Below are positions 8,160 through 19,708 of a stretch of 25,141 nt of DNA, piece by piece. Source of the stretch: Neocallimastix sp. 'constans'. Lineage: Eukaryota. Each line of letters starts with the position of its first letter. The first letter of the stretch is position 1. A program made the position numbers and the translations under genes. The notes beneath the pieces are model-generated. The model worked only from the letters and a program-made list of their open reading frames with translations. It made no database searches and was not told the DNA's origin. Location of the stretch: positions 1,550,001 through 1,575,141 of the forward strand of contig JBODTK010000011.1 of assembly GCA_050613775.1 (NCBI GenBank). Direction: 5' to 3'.

Positions 8160-11100
8160 TTAAAGTAATGAAAGTATTTTGAAAGCTGGGATTTTACCAG
8201 AATCACCAGAAGTACTATTGTTAGCCATATAATAACCACCTTCTAAGTTTTCAAGAATGCGAATAACATCCATTTTCTTTATTTTCAATTCTCCTGGTTT
8301 ATCTGTTTCTAAATCATTTTGAGCTACAAATTCAATATCAAACTTTGGTGGTTTACCAGTAATTGGACCGGTTGGTAATAAACCACAAATACTTTCACGA
8401 ATAACATTTTGTTTTGATTGTAAAGCATCTAAGAAACTACTAGTATTAGCTGATCCACCGAATGGTTCAATAGTAGATAATGGTAAAATTCTAGATGATT
8501 CACTTTCTGTGGCATCATGGGCCTCACAGAAGTCACTACTGTATTGACTACTACTGAAATCAGTAGTAGTAGTTTGTCTTCTACTATCAGTAGTGTATGA
8601 AGTATATCCAGAAGTAAATCCAGAAGTATATTCAGAAGTATATTCAGAAGTGTAATCACCAGAAGTATATTTAGAACACTGAGTATTTCTACGACTACAA
8701 TCACATTCAGAGTCAGAGCATGAACATGATGAGTAACTAGATCCTTCGGTGTATTCAGTATAACGTGAATCACGATTAGTGTAACTTGATCCTTCGGTAT
8801 AATCAGTATATCTACGACTGTCACGATCAGTAGTGTAACTAGTTCCTTCAGTGTAATCAGTGTATTGAGTATTTCTACGACTATCCTCAGTGTAGTCAGT
8901 GTATTGAGTATCTCTACGACTATCAACAGAGTAATCAGTGTATTGTGTATCTCTACGACTATCAACAGTGTAGTCAGTGTATTGTGTATCTCTACGACTA
9001 TCAACAGTGTAGTCAGTGTATTGTGTATCTCTACGACTATCAACAGTGTAGTCAGTGTATTGTGTATCTCTACGACTGTCAACGGTATAGTCGGTGTATT
9101 GTGTATCTCTACGACTGTCAACAGTATAGTCGGTGTATTGAGTGTCTCTGCGGCTATCATCAATACCGGTAGCTTCAGTGAATTGAGTATCTCTACGGCT
9201 ATCAACGCTGTAGTCAGTGTATTGAGTGTCTCTGCGGCTATCATCAATTCCAGTATTTTCAGTGATGGTAGTCAAAGCAACAGAATCCTTCTTATTATTA
9301 TTATTTTGATCAACAAATACAGAGTATCCACGAGTAGTATCTCCCAGAGCTGAATTGTCACTAAAATCAACGGAAGTAAATGGATTGGCGTTATTTAAAC
9401 TTAATGAAAGTAACTTCAAGGAGGATTCATTATCTGTGGTAGTTGTGTATCTTGAAGATTCGTTACAAGAGCATGAACATGAACAGCTGCTACAAGAAGA
9501 GCAGGAGCAGGAGCTACAAGATGAACAACTACTACTACTGCTTGTAGTAGTGTTAGACTTTTCGATAGAACTTTGGTTATCCATAGTAGAGTTTTCAATA
9601 GTAAGATTACCACATTCATTAATTGCTAAAGCTACTGAAGCAGTAGTGACAACAGCAGAAGCAGCATTAGCGGTTTCACTCATAACTTTTTCTGGGTTAA
9701 TAACAATTTCTTCAACAACACGCTTGGTAATTTCTAAATCATTTGGTTGATTCATTGGTAAATCTCTTGGGATATCCTTTGGTATTTCAGGAACAGGAAT
9801 ATCGTCAGCGGCTTCAAAGATATCAGTATTCTTATCCATATTAACACAGGAACCATCACTTAAAGAAACTGGATAACTAACTTGAGAATGGTTATCATTT
9901 TGTAAACATCTTAATTGATAATCACGATCAAAATCATCACTATTATTATTAGTTAAATTATCGTATAAACCACCGACTGGATTGTATGGTTTTGGACTAA
10001 CATAATTTAAGGAACTGTATGAAATTTCACTTTCACCTGTTTTCATGTATGATCTTCCTCTCATAAAGACTAATCCACTAATTACAACTAAAGCAACAAC
10101 GCTCGTACTATATAATTATTATTTTTATTTTTAATTTTTTTTGTTTTTTAATTATAAAATAATATATATAATAAATATATTTATATTTTCATATTTATTT
10201 ATTAAAAAATAAAACATATTAATATTAATATTTTCATTTTTATTTATCAAAAAACAAAATATATTTATGTTTATATTAAATATTTTATTTACCCTGCAGC
10301 AATAATAACAACATTCTTTGAACCTCCTTCTTCATTTTCTGGCGTATCTTTAGCAGAATTTTCTGCATTTAAAATGGTAGACTTACCATTAGTGTCAGTA
10401 CTATTGTTATTTTTAATACTATCATTGCTACCTTTGTTGACATTAATGCCTAATTTATTTCCATTATTGTTACCACTTATTTTATCATTATCTTTTGCTT
10501 CAATTGGCTTGTTATCATTACTTTTTTCATTAGCTTTACTATCTTCCTTATTTGAGAATTTTACTGTTTTACCACAACCATCAGTTTTTGGTAAATCAAT
10601 TTTTGAACCAGGTGTAATAGTAAATGGATCAGTCTTAATAATAGCTTCAGCTAATGGTAATTCAACAACAACAAAATATTTCTTTGAATTATTCTTACCA
10701 ACATCTGGAATATATAGCTTTAAAATTTTAAATATATATATATAAATATTTGACAAAATTAAAATAAATTTAAAATTAATAATCAAATTTTACATTTTTA
10801 TAACTTTATCTTTTAATTTATATAATATATTTATTTATTATATAATTTTATAAAATAGCATATTTTATATAATTTATTTTATATATTTATTTATTATATA
10901 TATTATATATTTATATTTTTTAAAAATTAAGTATTAATTTTTTTTTTTTTTGATAATTACTTCTAAAGTGGTTCCATCTCTAAAATAAGCTACTGGTGTA
11001 TATTCAGTAACTTCATTATTTTCTGTATATAAATAAGAGTTACCTAAAGCTGCACAATTTGAAATAATAAATTTATCATTTGAAATTGGTATACCGATTT

Positions 11101-11209
11101 TATCACCAGAAGCAATTGTTTTTGGAACATTATTGAATGGTAATACTAAAAGACCATTACAAATGTTTATTAAAAATAAAATCAAAGCTGATATTATTAA
11201 AGTTTTCAT
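8160..11209 (-). CDS. Type-I single-pass membrane protein with Ser/Thr/Tyr-rich repetitive cytoplasmic tail and divergent C-terminal SH3 domain (873 aa, 3 exons)
   Basis: Predicted exons 11209-10961, 10717-10293 and 10107-8160 joined by GT..AG introns (phase 0, then phase 2) give 2622 nt in one frame. Signal peptide MKTLIISALILFLINICNG. The TM helix VVIIAAG|TSVVALVVISGLVF followed by MRGR only forms across the second splice junction. The C-terminus FVAQNDLETDKPGELKIKKMDVIRILENLEGGYYMANNSTSGDSGKIPA fits the SH3 pattern. Confidence 0.85.
8850..9245 (-). repeat. 39-bp coding tandem repeat encoding (DSRRDTQYTDYTV)n, about 10 units
   Basis: CTACGACT/CTGCGGCT recurs at about 8876, 8914, 8953, 8992, 9031, 9070, 9109, 9148, 9193 and 9232. 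Confidence 0.95.
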
Positions 11210-12349
11210 CTTTTATATCAAAAAATAATATTAAATAATTGATTTTAAATAATTGAAATGAAAAAAAAATAATTATATATTTAATATTCCTTTTTTCTCT
11301 TCTGAACTGAATCTTTTTTTATTTATGAAATTAAAAATAAAAACAATTCATTAATTGATTTATTCTAAAAAAAGAACAAAAATATATATATATAATAATA
11401 AATAAGTATGATTATATTTGATATTTTCAAATATAGTGAACGTTGTTTATATAATTTATGTACAATTGCTGAGTTTCTAACTATATATGAAAAAATCAAT
11501 ATTCTATGTCGTTTTTTTTTTTTTTTTTTTATTTAAGATTTATAATATTTTATTGATATTAGTAAATATTCGTTACATTAATAATAAAATTGATAAATTT
11601 TATATTCACTAAGACTTTTTTTTAAAAAAAAAAAAAATTAAAATTTTTAAAATAGATTAACTTTTCTTGTTTAAATTTTACAAAAAAAAATAAAATAAAA
11701 TTATATACAAAAAATATTTTAAAAAAAGAAATATTTTAAAAAAAAATTATCAAAGTAAAAATTATAAATAAAATAAAAAAAATTAAAAAAATAAAAATAA
11801 AAATAACTAAATAAATAAAATAAATAAAAAATAAATTAAAAATAATAATAATAATAATAAAATCGTTATTAGTTTTAATTAATTATTAATAAATTAGATT
11901 AAAGCATAATGCTTTATTTTTATATTATATTAATTTCTTATATATTGAAATTACTTTAATTTAAATTTTTTTTTCTTTATTATAGAACAAAAAAGTTTTT
12001 TTTTTTTTTTTTGACTTTTGACTTTTGACTTTCGACTTTTTTTTCTATATATATTATATATATTTACAATATAATAAATTTATTATATTAATACATTCTA
12101 TGTTTTAATTATAATATTATATATATATTATTATATATTATAATATATAATTCTATTAAATTAATTGATTTACCGGTATATATATTGTTCTGTTCTTAAT
12201 AATTCAAAATTATTGATTCTATTGAAGTATATATAAACTGAAATAATGACTAAATTAAATTAATAATCTATTAATAAATAATATATAAGTTTAATATAAA
12301 TCTTTGACATCCAGGATCCAATGGTTACACTTGGAAAAAGAATTTAATT

Positions 12350-12660
12350 ATATTTATTCATTTATTTATTATTTACTATTTATTATTTACTATTTAATTA
12401 TTATTTATTATTTACTATTTATTTATTATTTATTATTTATTATTTATTATTTATTATTTATTATTTATTATTTATTATTTATTATTTATTATTTATTATT
12501 TATTATTTATTATTTATTATTTATTATTTATTATTTATTATTTATTATTTATTATTTATTATTTATTATTTATTATTTATTATTTATTATTTATTATTTA
12601 TTATTATTTATTATTTATTATTTATTATTTATTATTTTTTATTTATTATTTAATTTTTTA
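12350..12660. repeat. (TTTATTA)n-type AT microsatellite
   Basis: About 300 bp of 7-mer ATTTATT repeats; source of the spurious IIYYLLF ORF. Confidence 0.9.
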
Positions 12661-13590
12661 TTACTTAATTATTTATTTTTGCTTTTCAAAAAATATATTT
12701 AAATATTAATGATATATATATTAACAAATCATTGCATTATATAATTAATATATATTAATAATATATCTAATGATACTTTTAAATTTAAAAACTTATTACA
12801 CTATTTTAAATAATGAACCGTTTCTTTTATATAAATTAAAATTTTTCTCTCAAAATTAAAATCTGTTTATCGTTACACAAAATAATTATTTTGATTAATA
12901 AATAAAGTTTTCAAAATTGAAAAATTAATACAAAGACTCTTTTATTATAAATATTCTATTTAATTTATTTCATATTATTTCATATAATTTCATATAATTA
13001 AATTGACAAATTTAATAACTTAACCCTTTTTATTTTTATTTTTATTTTATATTTCTTTGAATAAAAAAAAATAAAAAATAAGATAGATGTTATACCAAAA
13101 CTTTAAATGATAATAATAATGAATAATAATAATAATGAATAATAATAATAATAATATATGATAAAAAAAAATGTTTAAAGTTTGAAATGAGAAAGAATAA
13201 TCAACTTTTATTAGTTTTTAAAATTAAAAATTATAAATTACATATTAAAATACATATATATATATATTATTTTTTTAATTCATTGATATTCAACTCAATT
13301 ATTTTTATTAATTTTTATTAATAGTAAATTATATGTATGGATGATAACATATAAATATTTATATAAATAAACACTTTTCAATTTTATTAATAGTAAATAT
13401 TCATTAATAATGAATGATAACAAATAACAATTTATAAATATATATTTCAAATATAATTTTATATTATATATTATTAGATAAATAGCTTTTACCAGCTAAT
13501 ATTCTTATAAATAGTTAATAATATTAGGTTTATTCATACATATTAAATATTCAACTATATGATATTTCTTTGAATAATTTAATTATAATA

Positions 13591-14049
13591 AAAAAAAAAA
13601 AAAAAAACATAGACTTGCACATATGGGTACCCATCTCCCATATGGCCATACAGTTATTAATTAACTGTAAGGTGATGAGTTATTGGCATACTGTATCAGC
13701 TTCGCTGCTATCAATCGTCGTTACACACTGCCCGGAGATGCATTCCTAACGTTCCTACATATATCTCTAATGACCACGAGCATCAGAACGGAACCATTAA
13801 CTCCTCCCTAGTGGGTGTAATCATTGGCGATTGGAAATTTTACAATCATCAAGGTCTATGCTTCAATTCAAAGCGTAGTATCAGGGTTGGGTGAAATAAT
13901 CATCTGAGGGAAAGCCTTATGGACATCACGTGTGGTCTCATGATATCCCAGGATAGAAACCTCATCCGATTATTTGGTGCCATGCCGAGGATTCGAACCC
14001 CGCCCTCTACAGTGACCTGTATCGTCCTAACCGACTGGACCAACATGGC
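13591..14049 (-). mobile_element. tRNA-derived SINE with poly(T) tail and 15-bp target-site duplication
   Basis: GC-richer island of 459 bp. On the minus strand it starts with a tRNA-like head (14049-13975), has a structured body of about 365 nt, and ends in T17 (plus-strand A-run 13591-13607). Identical flanking repeat AATTTAATTATAATA at 13576-13590 and 14050-14064. Confidence 0.9.
13975..14049 (-). pseudogene. tRNA-like head of the SINE (pseudo-tRNA, possibly Asp-derived) with Pol III A and B boxes
   Basis: GCCATGT TG GTCC AGTCGGTTA GGAC GA TACAG GTCA CTGTA GAGGG CGGGG TTCGAAT CCTCG GCATGGC A CCA. Acceptor, D and T stems pair; the anticodon loop is only 4 nt (GTCA); CCA is encoded. Confidence 0.8.
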
Positions 14050-14801
14050 AATTTAATTATAATATAAAAGTTTTATATATAGTTTTCATGTTGTTAATTA
14101 ACATATGTAAAGTTTTAATTCTGTGAAACAAATGACATTTATTCTCTAAAAAATGAAAATTAAAAAAAAAAGTTTTAATACTAAATTCATAGTTAATTCT
14201 ATGGTTGAATTTAAAAAATAAACTGCATCATTTTTATATAATATATTATCTTTCATAGTATATAATAATTTATTTATTAAATACTCTTCTTATTATTTAT
14301 TATTTATTATTTATTATTAATTAGTTATCTAATTATTCATTCATTTATTCATTTATTTTTATATTTATTTATTTATTCAATTAATATTATCTATTATTTA
14401 ATTGTTTATTATTCAGTTATTTATTATTAAACAATTATTCAATTTTACAATTATTCTTTTTTATATTAATTTTTATCTATAATAACAAAAATAATGTGAT
14501 AAAAAATGTCAGTATCACATATAATCATGTGATTAATATTGAAATTTTTGTTAATTTAAAGTTTATTAGTTATTAATTAAAATATAAAAGAATAATACTA
14601 AATAAAATTTATTGATACATATTTTTAATATTCTATTTAATAATTGATAGTATAAACATTAATAAATTTAAAAATATAAAAATATAAAATTTAATAAATA
14701 ATAATAATAATAAAAAAAAAAATAAAATAAAATAAAAAATAAATGGATTATCTTTTAATTTATTAGTAATGTCAATCCTTAAAAGTATTTTTTTTTTTTT
14801 T

Positions 14802-14899
14802 TATATCAAATTAATTCTTTGAGAATTAAAATAATAATAATAATAATAGGTTTTTTTTTTATATCATATTAATTCTTTGAGAATTAAAATAATAATAAT
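14802..14899. repeat. 58-bp period tandem duplication containing a palindromic core
   Basis: TATATCA(A/T)ATTAATTCTTTGAGAATTAAAATAATAATAAT at 14802 and 14860; core TTAATTCT-TTG-AGAATTAA. Confidence 0.8.
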
Positions 14900-15613
14900 T
14901 ATAATGAATAATAATAATGAATAATAATGATTAATTTCATACTACTTAAATAATTCATAATATCATTGAATTAATTATTATTAATTATTATTAATTATTA
15001 ATTATTATTTAAAAAAAAAATTTTTAAAAAGAGAAAAAAAAATTGTTTTAACTTAAAGCATTAATGAACAGAAAAAAAAAAATTAATTTCTTATTTTAAT
15101 ATTTTTAAATTTTTATTATTGAAAAGTGTTGCTTTAAAGAAATAATTAAATGTTAACAAATACAAAAATCAAATAAAGTTAAATAAATAAAAATGATGAA
15201 TAAATATATATATAATACACATAAATAATCATAAATACTAATTTATAAAATAATCTTTCAATTGCTAGAAATATAAAGCAACTTTTATATATTTATGAAT
15301 ATTTGTTAGGCTTGTTCTCTCTCTTTTTTTTTTTTTTTTTTATATTTTATTATAAAATATAAATATAAATATATGATTTATTTATTTATTTGGTTGTTTG
15401 TTTTGATTCTAAGCTAATCATTTATACTAAATAATTTCAAAATTCAGAGAGATATTTTTGATTGTTTTATAACTAAAAGGATCAATAATTAATTTTTGTT
15501 ATATATATATAACTACTAAAATGATTAATACTTAATCATTAATTATAATAATGATGTTCCTTTTTTCAAGTAATAATAAATAAAAATATAAATATAAATT
15601 ATACAAAAAAAAA

Positions 15614-15645
<32 letters not shown>

Positions 15646-15784
15646 TTTTTCTTTTAAATTAATTATAATGCATAAATTAAAAGAAAAGCAGCGGTATAAT
15701 TAAAAATTAACCATATATAAATTAGAGCATTGAATTAATTTTCTTTTTAATATTATATTTCTATAATCATTAATTTTCATATTT

Positions 15785-15955
15785 ATTTCTACTTTTAATT
15801 TCATATTTTCTTTATATTTTTTCATATTTTTTCATATTTTTTCATATTTTTTCATATTTTTTTTATATTTTCTATATTTAAATTCATACTTTATATTTTA
15901 TATTTTTTCTTTATATTTTCTTTATATTTTCTTATGTTTTCTTATATTTTCTATA
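15785..15955. repeat. Degenerate 10-bp tandem repeat (TTTTTCATAT)n
   Basis: Visible TTTTTCATAT / TTTCTTATAT units. Confidence 0.75.
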
Positions 15956-16427
15956 ATTTATTTTAATGTTTATATATTAATTAAATTATACTTTTTATTA
16001 TTTTTTATTATTTAATATATTTATTATGAATTTATAATTAAAACGGTATATTTTTTTAACAAGACAAATTTAATTAATGAAAAAAAAATTTTTTTTTAAT
16101 TTGATTAAAATCTATGAAAACATTATCATTTACAGTTTCATAAACACTATTTCATATAAAGTGATGATAACATTTTTAAATATATTAAACTTTATTTAAT
16201 ATTAAATTTCAATTGACAACTTTTTTATTCCATCTATAGAAATTATGCCGCATTACTTCTAAAAAGTATAAATTTAAATTTTTATTAAAAAAAAAAACTT
16301 TAAATTCTATTAATTATATTTTAAAAAAAAAGTTTACACATGTGTATTACCATTATCATAATTTTATGCTTGGATATCATAAATTTATAAAGTGGATCAT
16401 GATTGTCCATTAAGACTTGTTAAATAT

Positions 16428-16787
16428 GAGTGTGTGTCATTTCGCAAAAATTCATTTCGGAAAAGTTTCATTTCGCAAAATTTTTTGTGTCATTTCGCAA
16501 AAGTTCATTTCACAAAAATTTCATTTCGGAAAAGTTTCATTTCGCAAAATTTTAATAAATAGATAAATAAATAATAAAATAAATAAATAAATAAATAATA
16601 AAAAAATAAAAAAAAAAAAGAATTATAAAATATAAAATAAAAAATATAAAATAAAAAATAAAAAATATAAAATAAAAAATAAAAAATATAAAATATAAAA
16701 TATAAAATATAAAATAAAAAAATAGATACCACCTAAAATCATCCTAATTTTGTGCTACTTTTAACTCCCTTTTTTATGATGTCCTCA

Positions 16788-16827
<40 letters not shown>

Positions 16828-17442
16828 GAATTATTTATAAATATTTCTTTTATTAAAAAAATTTATTAGCAATTTAAGATTTTTAAAATACTGCGCAAGG
16901 ACTTAAAAAGTGTAAAATGATCAATTAATTATTTAAATATTATTTTTTAATATTTTTTTTTAATAATTATATTTTAAATTTAACAATTATATTTTAAATT
17001 ATTATCCTTTACATCTTTTAAATTATTAATACTTATTTTTTTTTATATATATAAAATTCTTATATATATTTTAAAAAATTATAAAACGTTTAAAACATAT
17101 GATAAAATATTTTATTTTTTTAAAGCGTTAATTCTAATGAATATTTATTATTATATAATGTATATTTTATATATGTCCATATATATATGTATATTTTTTT
17201 TTAAAAAATTTAATTTTAAAATTTATTTATTTATTATAGTTTTATATATTTATTTTTATTTATTTAGTTTTTTATTTAAATTTTATATATTATTTATTTA
17301 TTTTATTATTAATTTATTTATTTATTAAAAATTTTGCGAAATGAAACTTTTCCGAAATGAAATTTTGCGAAATGAAACTTTTTATGTAAATTTTCCGAAA
17401 TGAAACTTTCCGAAATGAAATTTTGCGAAATGCTCCTCCCCC
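16428..17442. mobile_element. Non-autonomous foldback Mutator-like (MULE) DNA transposon
   Basis: Perfect 9-bp TSD GTTAAATAT (16419-16427 and 17443-17451); G...C termini. Each end has 10 terminal nt followed by arrays of 15-16-bp CATTTCG(C/G)AAAA(A/G)TT units (7 left, 6 right in inverted orientation), continued by mirrored A-rich and T-rich arms. No transposase ORF. Confidence 0.85.
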
Positions 17443-18517
17443 GTTAAATATATTTAAAATGAATAAAAATTATATTTTATTTTTCAAAATTTTATTTTAT
17501 ATATTTATAATTGAAAATGAAAGAAACTTTTATTTTTACTACCTATACATAAAATTGGAAAATTTATTGAAATTATTTATGAGCACATATATAGCATTGT
17601 TCATGTTTTGTTTCGATTTGTTTGATTTTTAGATTTTTGTTATATTATTTTTTTTTTATAAATATAATAATTAATATGATTAATTATAATTATTTAATCT
17701 ATTATTTTTTTTTTTTAAAAAAAAAAAAAAAAAGAAAAAATATCATTTTTGGTTACGATACATATAATATATAAAAGCATGAATGATTAATTAATATTTC
17801 TGATGGGAATAAATATTGTTAAATAAGTAGTATATATATATATACATATATTTTAAATAATTTCTCTTTTTTTTTTATATTTATTATTTATTTATTTGAA
17901 TACTATTATATATTTTAAAATTTTTATAATATAGTCTTGTACTGGATTGACCTAACTTAGTTTATATATGAATTAGAAAATAAAAATAAAAATAAAAATA
18001 TAATAATAATAATTATTCGATAAAAATAATAAATAAATCCATTAATAGTTGTGGAAAGAAAATGAATTATTATTTATTTGTTAAATTTAATATGAAATAT
18101 TACCAAATAGAAATTATATGAATTTGTAAAAAAAAAAAAAAAATGTATATATATATATATTATATTTATTTATATATTTATTTTTACGTACATTTTAAAA
18201 GTTTTATTTTAATGTACATTTAATGTATAAACGAAATTTAAATGATATGAAAAATATTGAATGAACTTTTTTTATAAATAATACTTCACTTAAATCATAA
18301 AATAAAAATTTTAAAAGGAATAATCACATTTGATTTTAAATAAAGTAAAAATAAAAATAAAAAAATTAGAAAAAAAATAAAATTATATATATTTTCTTTT
18401 CATTTATTATTGTTCATTTTTTGCTAATGATGTAAATAATAATAATGATAGAAATGACTTTCATTAATTTCTCCTGATTATTTGGTTTCTTTTTCTTAGT
18501 TACAGAGTTCCATTGAC

Positions 18518-18555
<38 letters not shown>

Positions 18556-18578
18556 ATCAATTATATATTTTATTTTTC

Positions 18579-18744
<166 letters not shown>

Positions 18745-19339
18745 TTGTTTTTTAAAAAAGGAAGAATTTTGGAATAATAAAATTTTCAAATATTTTAATA
18801 ATATTTTTTTTTCTTTTCTTCTTTTCTTATTATCATAATTGGTCAAAAATTCTCCATTTTAAATATCTTTTCTTTATATAATAATCATTACTCACTACTT
18901 TTCAAATTTTGATATTTAAAATAAATATATCTATATTATTATTTCTTATTTATTTCATTAATAATATTATTGCTTATGATCATAATAAATATATATATAT
19001 ACATTAATTAAAATTGTTTATTTTAACTTTTCATAAATATATTTATATTTATTAAAAGAATAATAATCATTTCTCATCAATTTTAGTTTTAATATTAAAA
19101 ATAGGTATATCAAAGATAGTATTACTATCCATTTCTATAATAATATTATTATACATAATCATAAAAAAATTATGGATAAAAGAAAAATCTTTTTAATATT
19201 TGTACACATAGATATAAAATGATTATACAAATTATTATAATTTTGACAATTTTAATAATCAAAAAAAAAAAAAAATACAAAATAAAAAATAAAAAAATTA
19301 AAAAAAAAAAATTATATATATATTATTATTATTATTTTT

Positions 19340-19664
19340 GTTTATTTATTTATTTATTTATTTATTTCCGGTGTATAACGCTCTTTTGCGGGAATATTGA
19401 GGTAGTCACAACATTTCCATATAGGTTAAAATATCCCTGCTGGAAAGCCTTACTGAATATTCAACATTGGCGCTCTAACATCCATACTATTGCTTAAAAA
19501 TTTTCAAGTACGCTTCTTCTCAGAGTGCTTCTCCCGTTCCTAACTTCCCTTTGAAATGAGGCCAGTATAACCTAACCCAATAAAGGTATGTACTTGCTCT
19601 CTTGGTCATAACATAAGGAAGTGGGGCATTTCGCCAGGTTGCATTTCGCCAAATTTGAAAATTA

Positions 19665-19708
<44 letters not shown>

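Noticed and set aside
8850..9245. 39-bp periodic array as a CRISPR
   Set aside because: Head-to-tail coding repeats with no unique spacers, no cas genes and a eukaryotic context.
8429..10745. Overlapping and antisense ORFs within the membrane-SH3 gene
   Set aside because: Stop-free shadows of low-complexity coding repeats, with no independent motifs.
12304..12702. Hydrophobic IIYYLLF ORF and similar short F/Y/I/N-rich ORFs elsewhere (16505, 17137, 18513, 18547, 20806, 21160, 23688, 24434)
   Set aside because: Translations of AT microsatellites, several with non-ATG starts.
13720..13965. Hammerhead or twister ribozyme in the SINE body (CTGAG...GAAAC; TTAACTCCTCC)
   Set aside because: The full cores (CUGANGA with stem II; the twister pseudoknot partners) could not be assembled by eye, and the fragments lie on the non-transcribed strand. 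An Rfam scan would be decisive.
13975..14049. Functional tRNA-Asp gene
   Set aside because: The anticodon loop is only 4 nt, there is no adjacent T-terminator, and it sits inside a TSD-flanked element.
16438..16552. CATTTCG arrays as CRISPR, iterons or telomeric repeats
   Set aside because: They occur as an inverted pair bounded by a 9-bp TSD, which is better explained as transposon TIRs.
16720..16925. Transposase remnant inside the foldback element
   Set aside because: Only short, stop-interrupted peptides with no recognisable DDE or zinc-finger motif.
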